Shown: positions 51,826-64,000 of the stretch, in pieces
How positions within the stretch are numbered: the first letter of the stretch is position 1
Layout: each line of letters begins with the position of its first letter
Assembly (NCBI GenBank): GCA_053919585.1
Contig: CM132798.1
Origin: Euprymna scolopes
Lineage: Eukaryota
Strand: one strand, 5' to 3'
DNA: 64,000 nucleotides
Notes under the pieces: generated by a model
The model's input: the letters and a program-made list of their open reading frames with translations, nothing else
Database searches by the model: none
Told to the model about the DNA's origin: nothing
Program-made: the position numbers and the translations under genes

Positions 51826-52324
51826 ATACATCTTATAATGTAAGCACGGATGAAAGTTAATTGATTAATAAATAAAATATATGACCTAATAGCTAAGAAG
51901 CCCTTTTTGTTTGTATCATACGCATTAACTGAACAAGTTCCTTAAGGAAATCCCGATGAGCTAGGCTTATTTATATGTTTGACAAACATCTCGCAGTCGT
52001 AATGTGCTACGTTCTCCAAACGGTTTGAATGCAAACTTGTCAAAGAAAATCGTATGTACTAAATATTATTAATTCTTGATTAATGTACTTGAAAACGTTA
52101 CATAACAGCCGTCGCCGTGTAAGGAGCTGAAACCATCAATAAACCGACCCTGGTATTGTGTCTGCTCGTCGATTTAAACAATTTCTCGGAGCCATGAAAA
52201 GCAGAAGTGTCCAAAATGAACTAATATAAAAATTGTTTATCAAATTATTTATAGCTAGTTTAGTAGAATATCTCGTAAAAGAAGATAGGTTGCGGGTCTG
52301 TATATGCTTTACGTTTTTTTTTTC

Positions 52325-52665
52325 ATGGCAAGTGCTCGTTTGCGCTCGAATCTTTCACGAGAAACACTGGTCTAGCTGGAAACATTATCAATGATTCTCT
52401 CCACTCTTTATCTGTGCCCAAACCTTAAGTTTCTTAGAACTGCACGCGTGGAACTGTCTTCCGTTTGCCTGCTTCCCAGCTAACTACAATATGGTTGTCT
52501 TCAAGTTCAATGTAAACAAGTTCTTGAGGAGCCGTTCCACTTAAGTTAACAAATTTACCGAATCTCCATTACTAACGATTACTATATTGTCCAATTGACT
52601 ACTGTGCACTCTTTAACCCTTCTCCTCGAGTGGCCTCGTATAAATGATAATGTATATATAAAAAA
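52325..52665 (+). mobile_element. Short 3' fragment of a CR1/Jockey-group LINE related to the element at 1-1277
   Basis: RTA..WNCLPFACFPANYNMVVFKFNVNKF parallels 1080-1165; A-rich end. Confidence 0.7.
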
Positions 52666-53365
52666 GTGACGGATCTTACTTTTTTTTGCAAAAAGGTTCT
52701 TTATTTGAGAAATATTTTTTATACCCAGTCCAAAAAGAAAAAAAAAACAGTTTCGGCAGACATCCCTTTGATGAGTTTTTCACGAATTAGTTTTATAGAC
52801 ATTGTATTTTGCGGTTCATTAAGCATCTCGTTTCTTGATTTATTTTATCTCTTCATTAAAATAATAAAAAAATTACAGAACATATAGTCATTAAAGAATT
52901 TAGTTTTAATATAGAAAGTATATATGCTTTGTACTAAAATAAGTTTGAATACACAAGTGACAACTGTAACCATGTATTATAAAACGTGAAATCGATCCTC
53001 AGGATTAAGAAATTGGTAACATTTGTGTATAGTGACATCATTAAGTATAAATAGAAAAAAAGTATTTTTAACTTTAAAACTACATACTATTGTTCTTCAT
53101 CTAATGAAAAATATCAAAATACACATACATTCTCCTATCTACACGAGGTGTCACCATACTAATAACTGAATCATTTACAAAATTCACTTACAATACATCG
53201 TTAGCATATACGAGTGTTTTAAATTTAATCTTGTAATTTCTTTTAATTTGTAATGTATTCCGTTCTTAAGAATTAATTTTTAAATATGTCTTTCTTTATT
53301 ATTTTCCTGATGCAAACATGCCATTTTGTGTCATTTTGTGCATACATATGTCTGTGTAAACAAAC

Positions 53366-53420
<55 letters not shown>

Positions 53421-56400
53421 GTGCGTGCGTGTTTGTGTGTGCATGTGTCATTATGTGTACACATATGTCTGTGTAAACAAACATATATNNNNNNNNNNNN
53501 NNNNNNNNNNNNNNNNNNNNNNNNNNNNNNNNNNNNNNNNNNNNNNNNNNNNNNNNNNNNNNNNNNNNNNNNNNNNNNNNNNNNNNNNNNNNNNNNNNNN
53601 NNNNNNNNNNNNNNNNNNNNNNNNNNNNNNNNNNNNNNNNNNNNNNNNNNNNNNNNNNNNNNNNNNNNNNNNNNNNNNNCAATTGTTATGAGGACATATA
53701 TTATTGTATGTAGCAGTATTTAATTCTACAGTGATTAATACCTGCACAGAAGTATTCAGTAACTATAGAAGTAAATATTAGAGCTACACAAAACCCTTTG
53801 CCTTTCATAACAGTATTGAATCCTCCGAGTCAAATTGTGTCATTTTTATATTTACACATAGTTTAATATCGCTAGCTGACAAATCATATTGCTTATTTTT
53901 TTCACCCACATTATCAATGATTGTTTTAGAGTTGACGGGACCTTTTTCTGATAAACCGTTGTTAGCTTCCACTTCGCTATTGTTCTATTGTGCATAGGAC
54001 TGGATGTGTTAAATTAATATGTGATCTTATTTGAGTCATATTTCATTTTATTTTTATTGCGTATTGTTCTTATAAAACAAACTATATTCCTTATTTACAT
54101 TCGGTTGCATTTTATCCTCGAGAGTTTAATAAGTTTTAGGGTCCTTCAGTTTTAGAATTTTAAATGTCTCATTGGAAAATAGATTTACGAGCCATCTAAA
54201 TATCTACATGCACTATTTCACACTTTATTTGTTAGTATCTGCGTTCACTGAGCTCCTATAAANNNNNNNNNNNNNNNNNNNNNNNNNNNNNNNNNNNNNN
54301 NNNNNNNNNNNNNNNNNNNNNNNNNNNNNNNNNNNNNNNNNNNNNNNNNNNNNNNNNNNNNNNNNNNNNNNNNNNNNNNNNNNNNNNNNNNNATGTACAG
54401 TTTAGTTTATAAACTATATATATATATATGTATGTATATGTGTGTGTATGTGTGTGTTTGTGTGTGTGTATATATATATTTGTATATGCATATTATTTTA
54501 TTTATATCTATAATATATCACTCTAGCTAAACAGGCGCCCATTGTTGGGTATTGTGTTAACTTGTAGAATATTGACATTTTACCGCGATATTAGCCGAAT
54601 ATTACATTAGTCAGATGATCTTGTAGATGAATTAACATTGTGTTTAGATGATGAGAGAGACATTCTGTAAAGATATATTGATGCAGGAACTGAAACAAAT
54701 ATCAGTAGACGATACCTGAATATCCAAATAAATAACAATGACGTAGCGATGCTATATTCGGTTTTCAACTATTGGTTAATAATATGTGTTGTACGAGAAG
54801 TGAATATGTCGGTGCATGCTAAATGTCAAAATCGAGTCCGTCGGTCGGTCCGGAAAATTGATGGCTGAAAACAAGAAGCAACAGGCGCAATGGCGGCAAC
54901 GGCCTCCCTATGTGACCTATTGATTTTGGTCAAATGCCAACACTTGGAAAAATTGTCGGCTTCCCCTGGTTATAATTTAATTGATATTTTCGGCAGATAG
55001 AAATAGAAATGTTCTGAAAACTTTGTTGTTATATTGATTTCGACATCACCTATACGACTGTTGTAGTTCATTCTCGACGTGTGGAGGAGGACGGTTCGTT
55101 TTCGATTTGTTGTGTTTGTCTGGCGTTACTATTTTTATTCAAACTTTTGGTCAATGACTTTTACACTACAGCGCCATGTGCATATTTTATTTCATGCATT
55201 TGATATTTTATATTCATTATAATATTTATAAACCATTTGCAATTCACATATATGTATGTATATGACAACATACATGCAGATATTTATGTATGTTTTACGT
55301 ACTAATATAAGATAATTAATTAGCCAGGTGTGTTGTAAGATAAGATCGTAGGAATTGGTAAACGTTGTTCAAATTGAGCAGACTGAATATTGAAGACGAC
55401 ATCTCGCTATTTTTTTTTTTAAATCGGACTTGACTTGAAAACAATCACGTTTTATCCGCTTGAAATCAGTCCCGTATATGATGTTTCCAAAACGGAGATT
55501 TATTTAATAGTTACACTTACTTGTTGGGACACCGAAGAATAAACGAAAAATTATTTACAATGAATATACATCGACGAGTTTTTTTGTTGTGAATGTTTAA
55601 CACGATGGTCCATAGATTAGAGATCAGCCAAATACATGGCAACATAAATGGCAATAGTATGAAGAAAAACTTTAAGTTGTGAGAAACAGTCGTTAGTTAT
55701 GGCAAACAGTCAATTAAAATTAAACGACAATTATACACTTTGACAGCATCAAATTGTGTTCCTACCAACAGTACTAAAATTTAAAACTTATTTAACATTG
55801 ATGCACGTACAATATCGCAAAAATTGTGAAACTGCTTAAAAAATCTTCACATTTTTTCCGGGATTTTAGCAATAGATTAAATTTTATTTTCTATTTTAAA
55901 TTGTTATAAGTTAATGTGTCATTAATATTAATGCCTCAAAATAAACCTGGAATGTAATTCGGAATCTCATTGGAAAAGGTTATGAAGAGGGTTGAGAATG
56001 CATTCTTTTGACATCTTTATTGATAATATGTATTTCTGACTTTTTCAATAAACAAATACTTCTATTAACTTATAAAAAAATAAGTTATTTTATGGTAAAA
56101 AAAAAACATTTCAGAAAATTTTATAACCAGTGATTTTATAATGTAAATCGTCGTGTGAAGCCATATCAAAACTTTTTTATGTTATCAGCAATAGATATGC
56201 ACACGACGCCTTATTCAATGGATCAAGTGATCCTGTAATATAATATTATAATAAAAATAACATCGATTTGTCTTGCTGGACAAAATCCATATTTTAAGTA
56301 AATTGTTTCTGCCGAGGGTGTCAATAAATAAGTTTGAAAATCTGTAGAATCCTAACCAAAACAAAATTAAATGTAAATAAACTTCGTATTGTCTTTTATT

Positions 56401-58122
56401 CGTTAACTAGCAGGACCCGTTCACCTGCGTTTCCCGATTTAAGCATGTCCCCACCCTCATAAAATAAATAAAGTACGTTTGTTATTCGTAGCCATCCCTC
56501 CGAGTTGCTAATGTAAAGAACAGCTTCTTGAATAGACTCCCTCAACTTCCTTATGTAAGGAACGATTTTCGGAACAGACCCCCTACCGATGTTAAGAACG
56601 GCTTTCGAAATATACATCTCTGTTTTTGAGTTTGACGTTGTCAAATTATTGATCGAAAACTTAACCTCGATATTCGTTTTCAGAATACACATACACAAAT
56701 ACTTGAGACTTAATAAAATTGGCGTTGGCAGCGTAGGTCGGAGAGAACTAGATTTGTTTATCGCGCAGCGTATAAATCTGGCGGCCATCGAATTACACTG
56801 CACAATACAAGACTTCATATCTCGAAATCTACTTGACTTTACCAAGTTTAAATGGGATTGTCTTAATCAGCATAGTCGACAACTTATAAAAGTCGTCATT
56901 TAAAAAAAATTGGAGAAGTAGAACTGAGGTAAAAATTTGCCTACATCAACTACAACAACGTTAGCGTCTGAGCAGTGTCGGGAATAAGTCCGGAAATTAA
57001 AGAATTTAACCAAATACTCTACGGAATGCAAGAAAACAAATACATAACAAATGTTTCCGTAGGCAATAAAAGTTAGGTAAAACCCTAAATGTATAAAATA
57101 ATGGGACGGTAACTTACTTGTAAGCTTTTGACACAATAAGTAACATGATTGTAGCCTAGGTAATCGTTAGATAATATATAAGTAACAAAAATCGTATTTA
57201 ATTTTCTGTTTATGAGAATTTTTGTATGTGTGTAGCTTTTTTATTAGCACGATTACGTTATGCAAAGAGCGAAGCAATATTGTATGATTTCTGAAGCCTT
57301 CGATAATGCATGAGGAAGTAGATTCTGGAATAATAGAATTGCCAGGCCCCATCAACTGTGAAGGGATAATTTATTATATTTAGATCGGGAAATCGAAAAG
57401 TTATGTTAGCTAATAAGCCATTACGATGCGTGCAATGAAAATATCATAGAAAAATGTAGAATTGGTCCCGGTGTCAACTATAGACGCAGCAGGACTAAAT
57501 ATTTCTACAAAAAATAGAAACTACATGCTCTATAGATGTTTTGATTGTGTTCGAAAATAACATGAGAGTGTGGCTGATAATCTAGGAGTAATGAATTAGT
57601 ATGTAGACTCGGTTTTTGAAAACCTACAGTACTTTGGTCCAGAGGCGAAATTTTAGAGTCAAAATTTTATATAGGCACTTATGTGTGTATGTTAAATTAG
57701 AGACTAAGAGCAATTCCCATTGTCATAACAAAAGAGTCTACGCACTATTTAAAATAAATAATCTTTATCAAAGAACATTATCATACAATGATGTAAACCT
57801 TTGAAAATGTTTTATTTGCAATGTATATTTGAATATTAAATTATTTTATTATCAAAACAATACGTCATGTCAAAGGAGGATGCACGGCCAGTACAGTTGC
57901 TAAAATGTATAAGTAAATCTATAGTCCATGCGCATTTTGTCGTTATATATATATGATGAGAATAATGGAAATAGTATTCCGACAAAATAGAGAAATAAAA
58001 AATAACAAGCAGAGTTATGTGGTCATCAGCGTTTCATCTTTGTTTCAAGAGAAAGTCTGGAAATAAAAACAAACGTTGATAAACACATACCTTGGTTTGC
58101 TCCTTTTTATTTTCCCTCTCTT

Positions 58123-58195
<73 letters not shown>

Positions 58196-58878
58196 TTAAC
58201 GCTCTTCTAAAGTCCATTTTTTCTGTACACTCTTCTAAACTCTATTTTAAAATCCGTAAAATACAATAGGTAATTTATTGTGACAACCAGAGTAGTATCT
58301 TATTAGCAAATAACTCTGATTTATCAACCGGATATTGATATAAAATATCTTTCATAAGAAATTAAATCAGTAAAAAGATCTATTACTCTTAATTACGTCA
58401 TATCTGAAAATAATATAGCCGACATTTTTACTGAATCGATAACAAAGATAAATTAAAACATTTTATCGAATAACTTTTTGAAATCTTATCTTGAAAAAAT
58501 CTAATTTCAGAAATCCAAAATGAAAAGTTTAAACCACAAAAAGTGTAAATTGTCTCCGGCATGATGAGAAACTACAGCCATATTACTTGACTTCCTAACC
58601 AAATAACAGACTAAAACTATCCAACACAATGTTTTATGTTTTTCTTGGCCAAAAACACTTTGATTTTCTTTTTTCAGAGACCCTTTCTTAAAAAACACAC
58701 ACATTGTCTAAGTAAAGATACACATGTATATGTATTTAAAAAACGGAATTAAAAGTCTCATCGCTTTCTCTAGAAACGCACAGATTATGCAAAGATTATT
58801 TGTAGACATTTGGATATAGTAAAACATGTATATCTCTATGCATTTGTATATTATTCCAAATACGTATATCTGTATGTA

Positions 58879-58958
<80 letters not shown>

Positions 58959-59289
58959 CTTTAAAAATTGGATTAAAATGGCTTCTTTTTTATGCATATT
59001 ATACCAATATATTTATATATTTTTTATTTTTGACCAATAGAAATAAAGATATATCCCAAACATAAATGAAATAAAAAAAAATAAAATATACATTTTTCCT
59101 TATTTTTTACATTTTTATGTTTTACACTATTTAACTAAATTGAGTCCGAAAGACTTTGTCATTATATCAAAAAATAAGGTGTTTAACTTTGTTGCTAATA
59201 ACGGAAAGTATGATTATATGTTAAATATAGAAATAAAGAGAATATATTCGTAATAGTTTATATAACACTGAAAAATGCGCGTGATTAAT

Positions 59290-59640
59290 CGTATTAGTTG
59301 GCTTTTACGATTTAACCTCAGGTTTTCTTCAGGTGTATCTTCTCGAATTCGGGAATGTTTCTGTCGAACTTGGTAATGAGGCTGGCGTTATAAACGGAAC
59401 CCTTAATTTACTTCATGGGAGCAACATACATTCGTTCTTTCAGCTATAATAGAGATGTCCTAAAAAATTCCCGATTGTCTTTGTCGGTTGCCCAAACCGA
59501 GAATGGACTCCTTAACCTTCAGATTATTAGGAATTTTACGATTAATTTTTCTAAGTATTTTTAAATTCTGCGCCACGAGTTCTTTCGTCAAAATGATGCT
59601 TTCTAACTATATTTCCTCTAAATACACAGAAAGAAAAAAT
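59290..59640 (-). mobile_element. Possible decayed Penelope-like remnant
   Basis: HHFDE..(frameshift)..KILRKIN...LKVKESIL resembles a GIY-YIG C-terminus; downstream CTGAAGA-A-AACC-tga-GGTT-AAAT is a degenerate hammerhead. Confidence 0.35.
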
Positions 59641-61559
59641 ATTAATCCCATGACTTGTCATAGCGCGGATAATGATGCCATATATGTTCATAAAATTGTG
59701 TTCAGCATATAATTTCACGTTGACAATGCTGATAGCAGGTAAATTAGATTCGTCAGTTTATATTTTATAAACAGTCTTTAAACTAGTAATTCTTTTGAAA
59801 CTATATATTGAACTCTCCTCGGTACTACTAATTTAAACAAATTGATATAGACGCAATTGTTACTAAGAAAGGACTAAATATCTCTTAAAGATTCTAAATT
59901 GTATCTCACAATCAGTGAGATGTTTGTTTCCATGTACTTCTACAGTTTACGGTGTATGATACTTGATTTTAAGTTAAATTCATTTTTTACGATGCGTTTT
60001 CTTATTAGATCTTGTGGTGTATGCACAGAAACCCCCCGCTCGAAGTTTGGAGTGTGTCTCTAATCCAAGAAAATTATTTAAGTATGCTCAGCACCCTGAA
60101 GAAGTGATGTGACATACCCTGAAATGTCGGAAGGATAAACAACATATAAACAATATACACATGAGTTTTTTTTAATATTAGTTATGAAGTATTTCGGACC
60201 GGTTAAGCGTTGAAAGAGTATCCGAAATGTACGATGTCTAGTGTTATACAATTAATGTGCATGTTTATAAAATGTTATCTGTAGATCAACACCTCGAATG
60301 TTAAATATATAATTTAAACACTCTATCCTTCTCTATTGGTGATAGTGTGCTTCGACTTCGAGAACATTATAGGACTCTTTCTATATTAGCATCATAGACA
60401 TTTGAGAAATACAACCAGTAGAATGTACGAGTGATTAAAAGAGAGATTGAACTGTGTCAAACATGTCTTTGGAAAATACGAAAAAAAAAGCCATGAAAAA
60501 CTTCATCCAAAATAGCTCTGAAAGAAATTTTATATATAGATTCACAGTGTGGGGTAAAAGTTAAAAAACAAATGTAGAAGAAGCATGAATAAAAAAACAA
60601 AACAAAAAATGTTAAATATCATTCGAGTAATATTTCTATTTTGAAGCCAGCTGTCCGAGATGATGTAATTTTGCAATGGCATTCGAAGCCCAGAGGAATA
60701 ACAATCCTGATCTGTATTCGTACCACGCGCGTTTGGTACTGCAAACTGCCGTACTGTCCACAATGCAGACGATACTAAACGCATACAGATAACCAGCAGG
60801 TAAAGGGCTGGTTGCTGTGGCTTAGCAATGCAACAGTGGTTTCTTTAAATCATATATTACCCGCGTCCAATACCGAAACAACGTCTCTCGACAAGCAGAC
60901 AAATCGAATCTCTTACAATAACACAGGCGACTCGGTTATTAGGGGTTTGTATTGACTATTCAATTTGTTGTCATGTTGCATATAATTTGACCTGCGTATT
61001 ATTCGAAAATATGATTCCGTATTGTAAGTCACATTTATTGTGCATTTACAGCTATTAGTAGGTCGAGAAAACGACATTAATTACTAGCACATTGTGTTTA
61101 TTTTACGTTGTTTATTACTTAGATGTAATATGATATAGAATTAAACTACACAATGTTTGTTTATTATTACGTTATTTAAGAGGTATGAATAACGTTTGCC
61201 TATTACTCGTTGTTTTCAGATAGAATGTGATTATTTATTTTAACCATAATGCATGTCAAATGCAGATTTTCCGGTGTAGGTTTGAGTTAATAACTGCGAT
61301 TAACACACATGAAATAAGCATACACGAACACATACAGACAAACCGACACACAAAAAAACAAACACGTAAACGCACCNNNNNNNNNNNNNNNNNNNNNNNN
61401 NNNNNNNNNNNNNNNNNNNNNNNNNNNNNNNNNNNNNNNNNNNNNNNNNNNNNNNNNNNNNNNNNNNNNNNNNNNNNNNNNNNNNNNNNNNNNNNNNNNN
61501 NNNNAGAATGTTCACTCGTTTCCTTTTTACTGCCAGTAAAAGGATCGCCACAAATGAAA

Positions 61560-62450
61560 TCAAATCTTGTTCCCTGTCCTGAATTTCATAACTGACTACT
61601 CAATCAATTTATCTCAAGTAATTTCCTCGTGTTTTTTCCTTTCATCACTGTTGTAGTATCGTTCATAAACGACCAGAATTGTGTTGGTTTACAGAAAACA
61701 TTTAAATTCCTGTTGCGTCAGATCTACATGTTTTTAAAAGCATTTCCATCACGAGCACAAAGAAGATCACCGATATTGTACACATACCTGCAATTCATTT
61801 TTCTAGTATTTGCTTATCTGTTGTGAACGATCCAGTTGTAAATGTTACTTTTAAAATAGCGTAGTACTTCCTCCACATGACTCAAACTTGGTCAGGTATC
61901 CAGAAGAATATCATTGCGTATTCTACTAGGATATGTGGGGCAGATCCGTAGGCATTTGCAAGGTAAATCCACATCTCCGAGAGTCACGCTTGTTCTCCAT
62001 TGTATTCTGTAATCCCCCCAAAACAATTAGAAAGCATGCTCCACACATCTAGAAATTCTCGTATTATTATCTTTTGGTTTGACTCGTTGCAAATGTGACG
62101 ATTAGCTTTGCTAGCATGCAAAAATAATTTTCTTATCAATGATTCGCAACGACACTGATCTTAATTGGCCGATTTCCTTTGAGTTCTCTTCTTTCTGAAG
62201 GTATATTCATTCTGCAGCGTCATTTTCCATATTACTTTCAGAAGCAGAAATAGTCGTAATATTAGCTTTCGACGACATTTATAGACTTTGTAGCATACTC
62301 CATCGTTACCGGGTGCTTCTTTAGGTCTCGGCTCCCTAAGTATGATTTTAGTTGCTTCTCCGAGATGATTTATAAGTTGGATCTTCATATTATCATACTT
62401 AACAAGGTGTATTTGATTTTTCAAACCATGACCACGCTCACCTGGCAAGC
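61560..62450 (-). mobile_element. Decayed HERO/R2-group non-LTR retrotransposon RT fragment
   Basis: APGNDGVCYKVYKC, KEENSKEIGQLR, CVEH, WIYLANAYGSAPHILVE, CTISVIFFVLVMEMLLK, FMND (decayed FMDD). Confidence 0.8.
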
Positions 62451-64000
62451 AAGCGCAACCATTTGCTCAGCTTCCAGATTGATAAACGATGACATGAACT
62501 ATATCAGTGATTTCATCACAATATCACAATTTTCAAGTATCTCTTTGGTAATTTTTCTTGCTCACCTGAAATTCTTGAAGTAGGAGTAGTTTATTGTAGG
62601 ATATCTCATTGTTCTTGAACTCGTCAAAACCCTTTTATGTCAACGCATATACCTTAATAAATCCAGTAACTAAATGACAAGCGGTACTTAGATAAGTATT
62701 ATTTATTTTAGATATAGCCGGCTTAATAATGATATAGTGTATTTACCGCATTCATGGTTTACATCTATACTATTAACTCATACGTCAATACTCTTTCTGA
62801 TAAAACTAACGAATTATATAATATGTGTTCGCAAGAATGGCACTTTATGCTGTTTACGTATGTTGGACAAATAAGCTATGGTGGGAAACAAAGAGGTGAT
62901 TATCAATCTCTCCTAGGGATCTATAGACTAATATACCTCAACTCTCTATCAAGAGATTGTTTGACATGCCAAAATTCAGTAGTAAAGAGTATTCAGATAT
63001 ATTTGTACAGTACCCACATGACAGAATTTTGGGGACATCAATAACAGTATAACGACGTTTTGAAGATGCATTAATGATTATTACGATTTAAACCTTGATT
63101 TGAATTTTGCAATTACACATTGGCGTTTGACCACCATAAGTAGTAATATGGCCTTAATATAAGTTAACAGCAAGGGGTAGTGTGCACTTTAAAAACAATG
63201 TTACAAATACCTGCTATTTTTTTAACCAAATAAATCTAAATAAATAAAACTGAAAAGTAAATTAAATTCTATGCAAAATGTGTTCGGTTGGAAATTTTGA
63301 TTTAGTCCTGAAGATAACTCACATATGCATTTAATGGTGAGACTTAAAGTTGAGAGTGGGTGTTGGCTTTCAAATATGTTTTAGTTCTATTACTAGCAGG
63401 AATCTTCTAACCTGGAGGGCTAGTATTGACATGTGATTCTAATAGAATAGTTTTTTACAGACTATTGTAATGTAAATACGCTCATTAATAAAACGTGCTC
63501 CTGCATATTGCTTTTACGTCGTTTCGTTGTAAGTATACCTTAATTTCTACGCGTAAGTCATATCTATACGTTTACAGGTACACGGGAAAATATTAAAACA
63601 GATGCTTAACTGTTACTGTTATAATATTAATAATTGGCAGACAATTTTTGAGTATATTTTTGTCATTGTAACGTAATTAGCAATGAGTGGGACAATTATT
63701 AGACCGCAAAGTTTGAATCATTTATAATGATGGTTTTATATCAGCATCAATTGGAGTTGACTTCGGTGGCTGGTTTTACAAATATAAAATATATAAATTT
63801 ATTTTATCGCACTTTTTAGCAGCGTTCACTGTGACACAATGTATCAAGAGAAGATAAGTCCGGGCGTATTTCTTAGTTGGAGATAATAATGTAAAAAGAA
63901 GAAGAATCGACACTAAAATTTCACAAGATAACTACTTACTTATAACATGATTTGGTAAGTCCAGTATCTGCTTACAGTGATGCATTAAATATATAAACGA

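Noticed and set aside
56396-56903. 149-aa and 104-aa ORFs as genes
   Set aside because: No recognisable domain; only a faint resemblance to a decayed LINE RT C-terminus (DRKLN)
15540-59040. ORFs with IYIYIY or poly-Ile tracts
   Set aside because: Translations of (TA)n and (TTA)n microsatellites
19526-61595. ORFs containing X runs
   Set aside because: Artefacts of assembly gaps (19618-19808, 22321-22457, 27759-27903, 28159-28286, 36930-37426, 42481-42628, 48838-48969, 53489-53679, 61377-61504)

Overview
AT-rich, repeat-saturated draft-assembly window from a eukaryote, most likely an invertebrate animal (10 N-gaps, many (TA)n tracts). No host protein-coding gene can be supported; nearly all recognisable coding sequence is decayed transposable element. 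Two near-full-length minus-strand LTR retrotransposons are present: a compact Gypsy-order element (~2581-6883) and a BEL/Pao element (~42722-48393). There are also fragments of CR1/Jockey-like, L1/Tx1-like, R4/Dong-like and HERO-like non-LTR elements, Penelope-like remnants, non-autonomous Helitrons, a Tc1/mariner remnant, a 27-bp satellite, a 5S-derived SINE candidate and a tRNA-derived SINE. Most notable: (1) the BEL/Pao integrase ends in a TAF3-like PHD finger, a candidate chromatin-reading integration-targeting module; (2) a tRNA-Ala-headed SINE carries a type I hammerhead ribozyme; (3) several Penelope-type minimal hammerheads occur in inverted pseudo-LTRs. Family assignments are by eye from motifs, with no database search; boundaries of decayed fragments are approximate.
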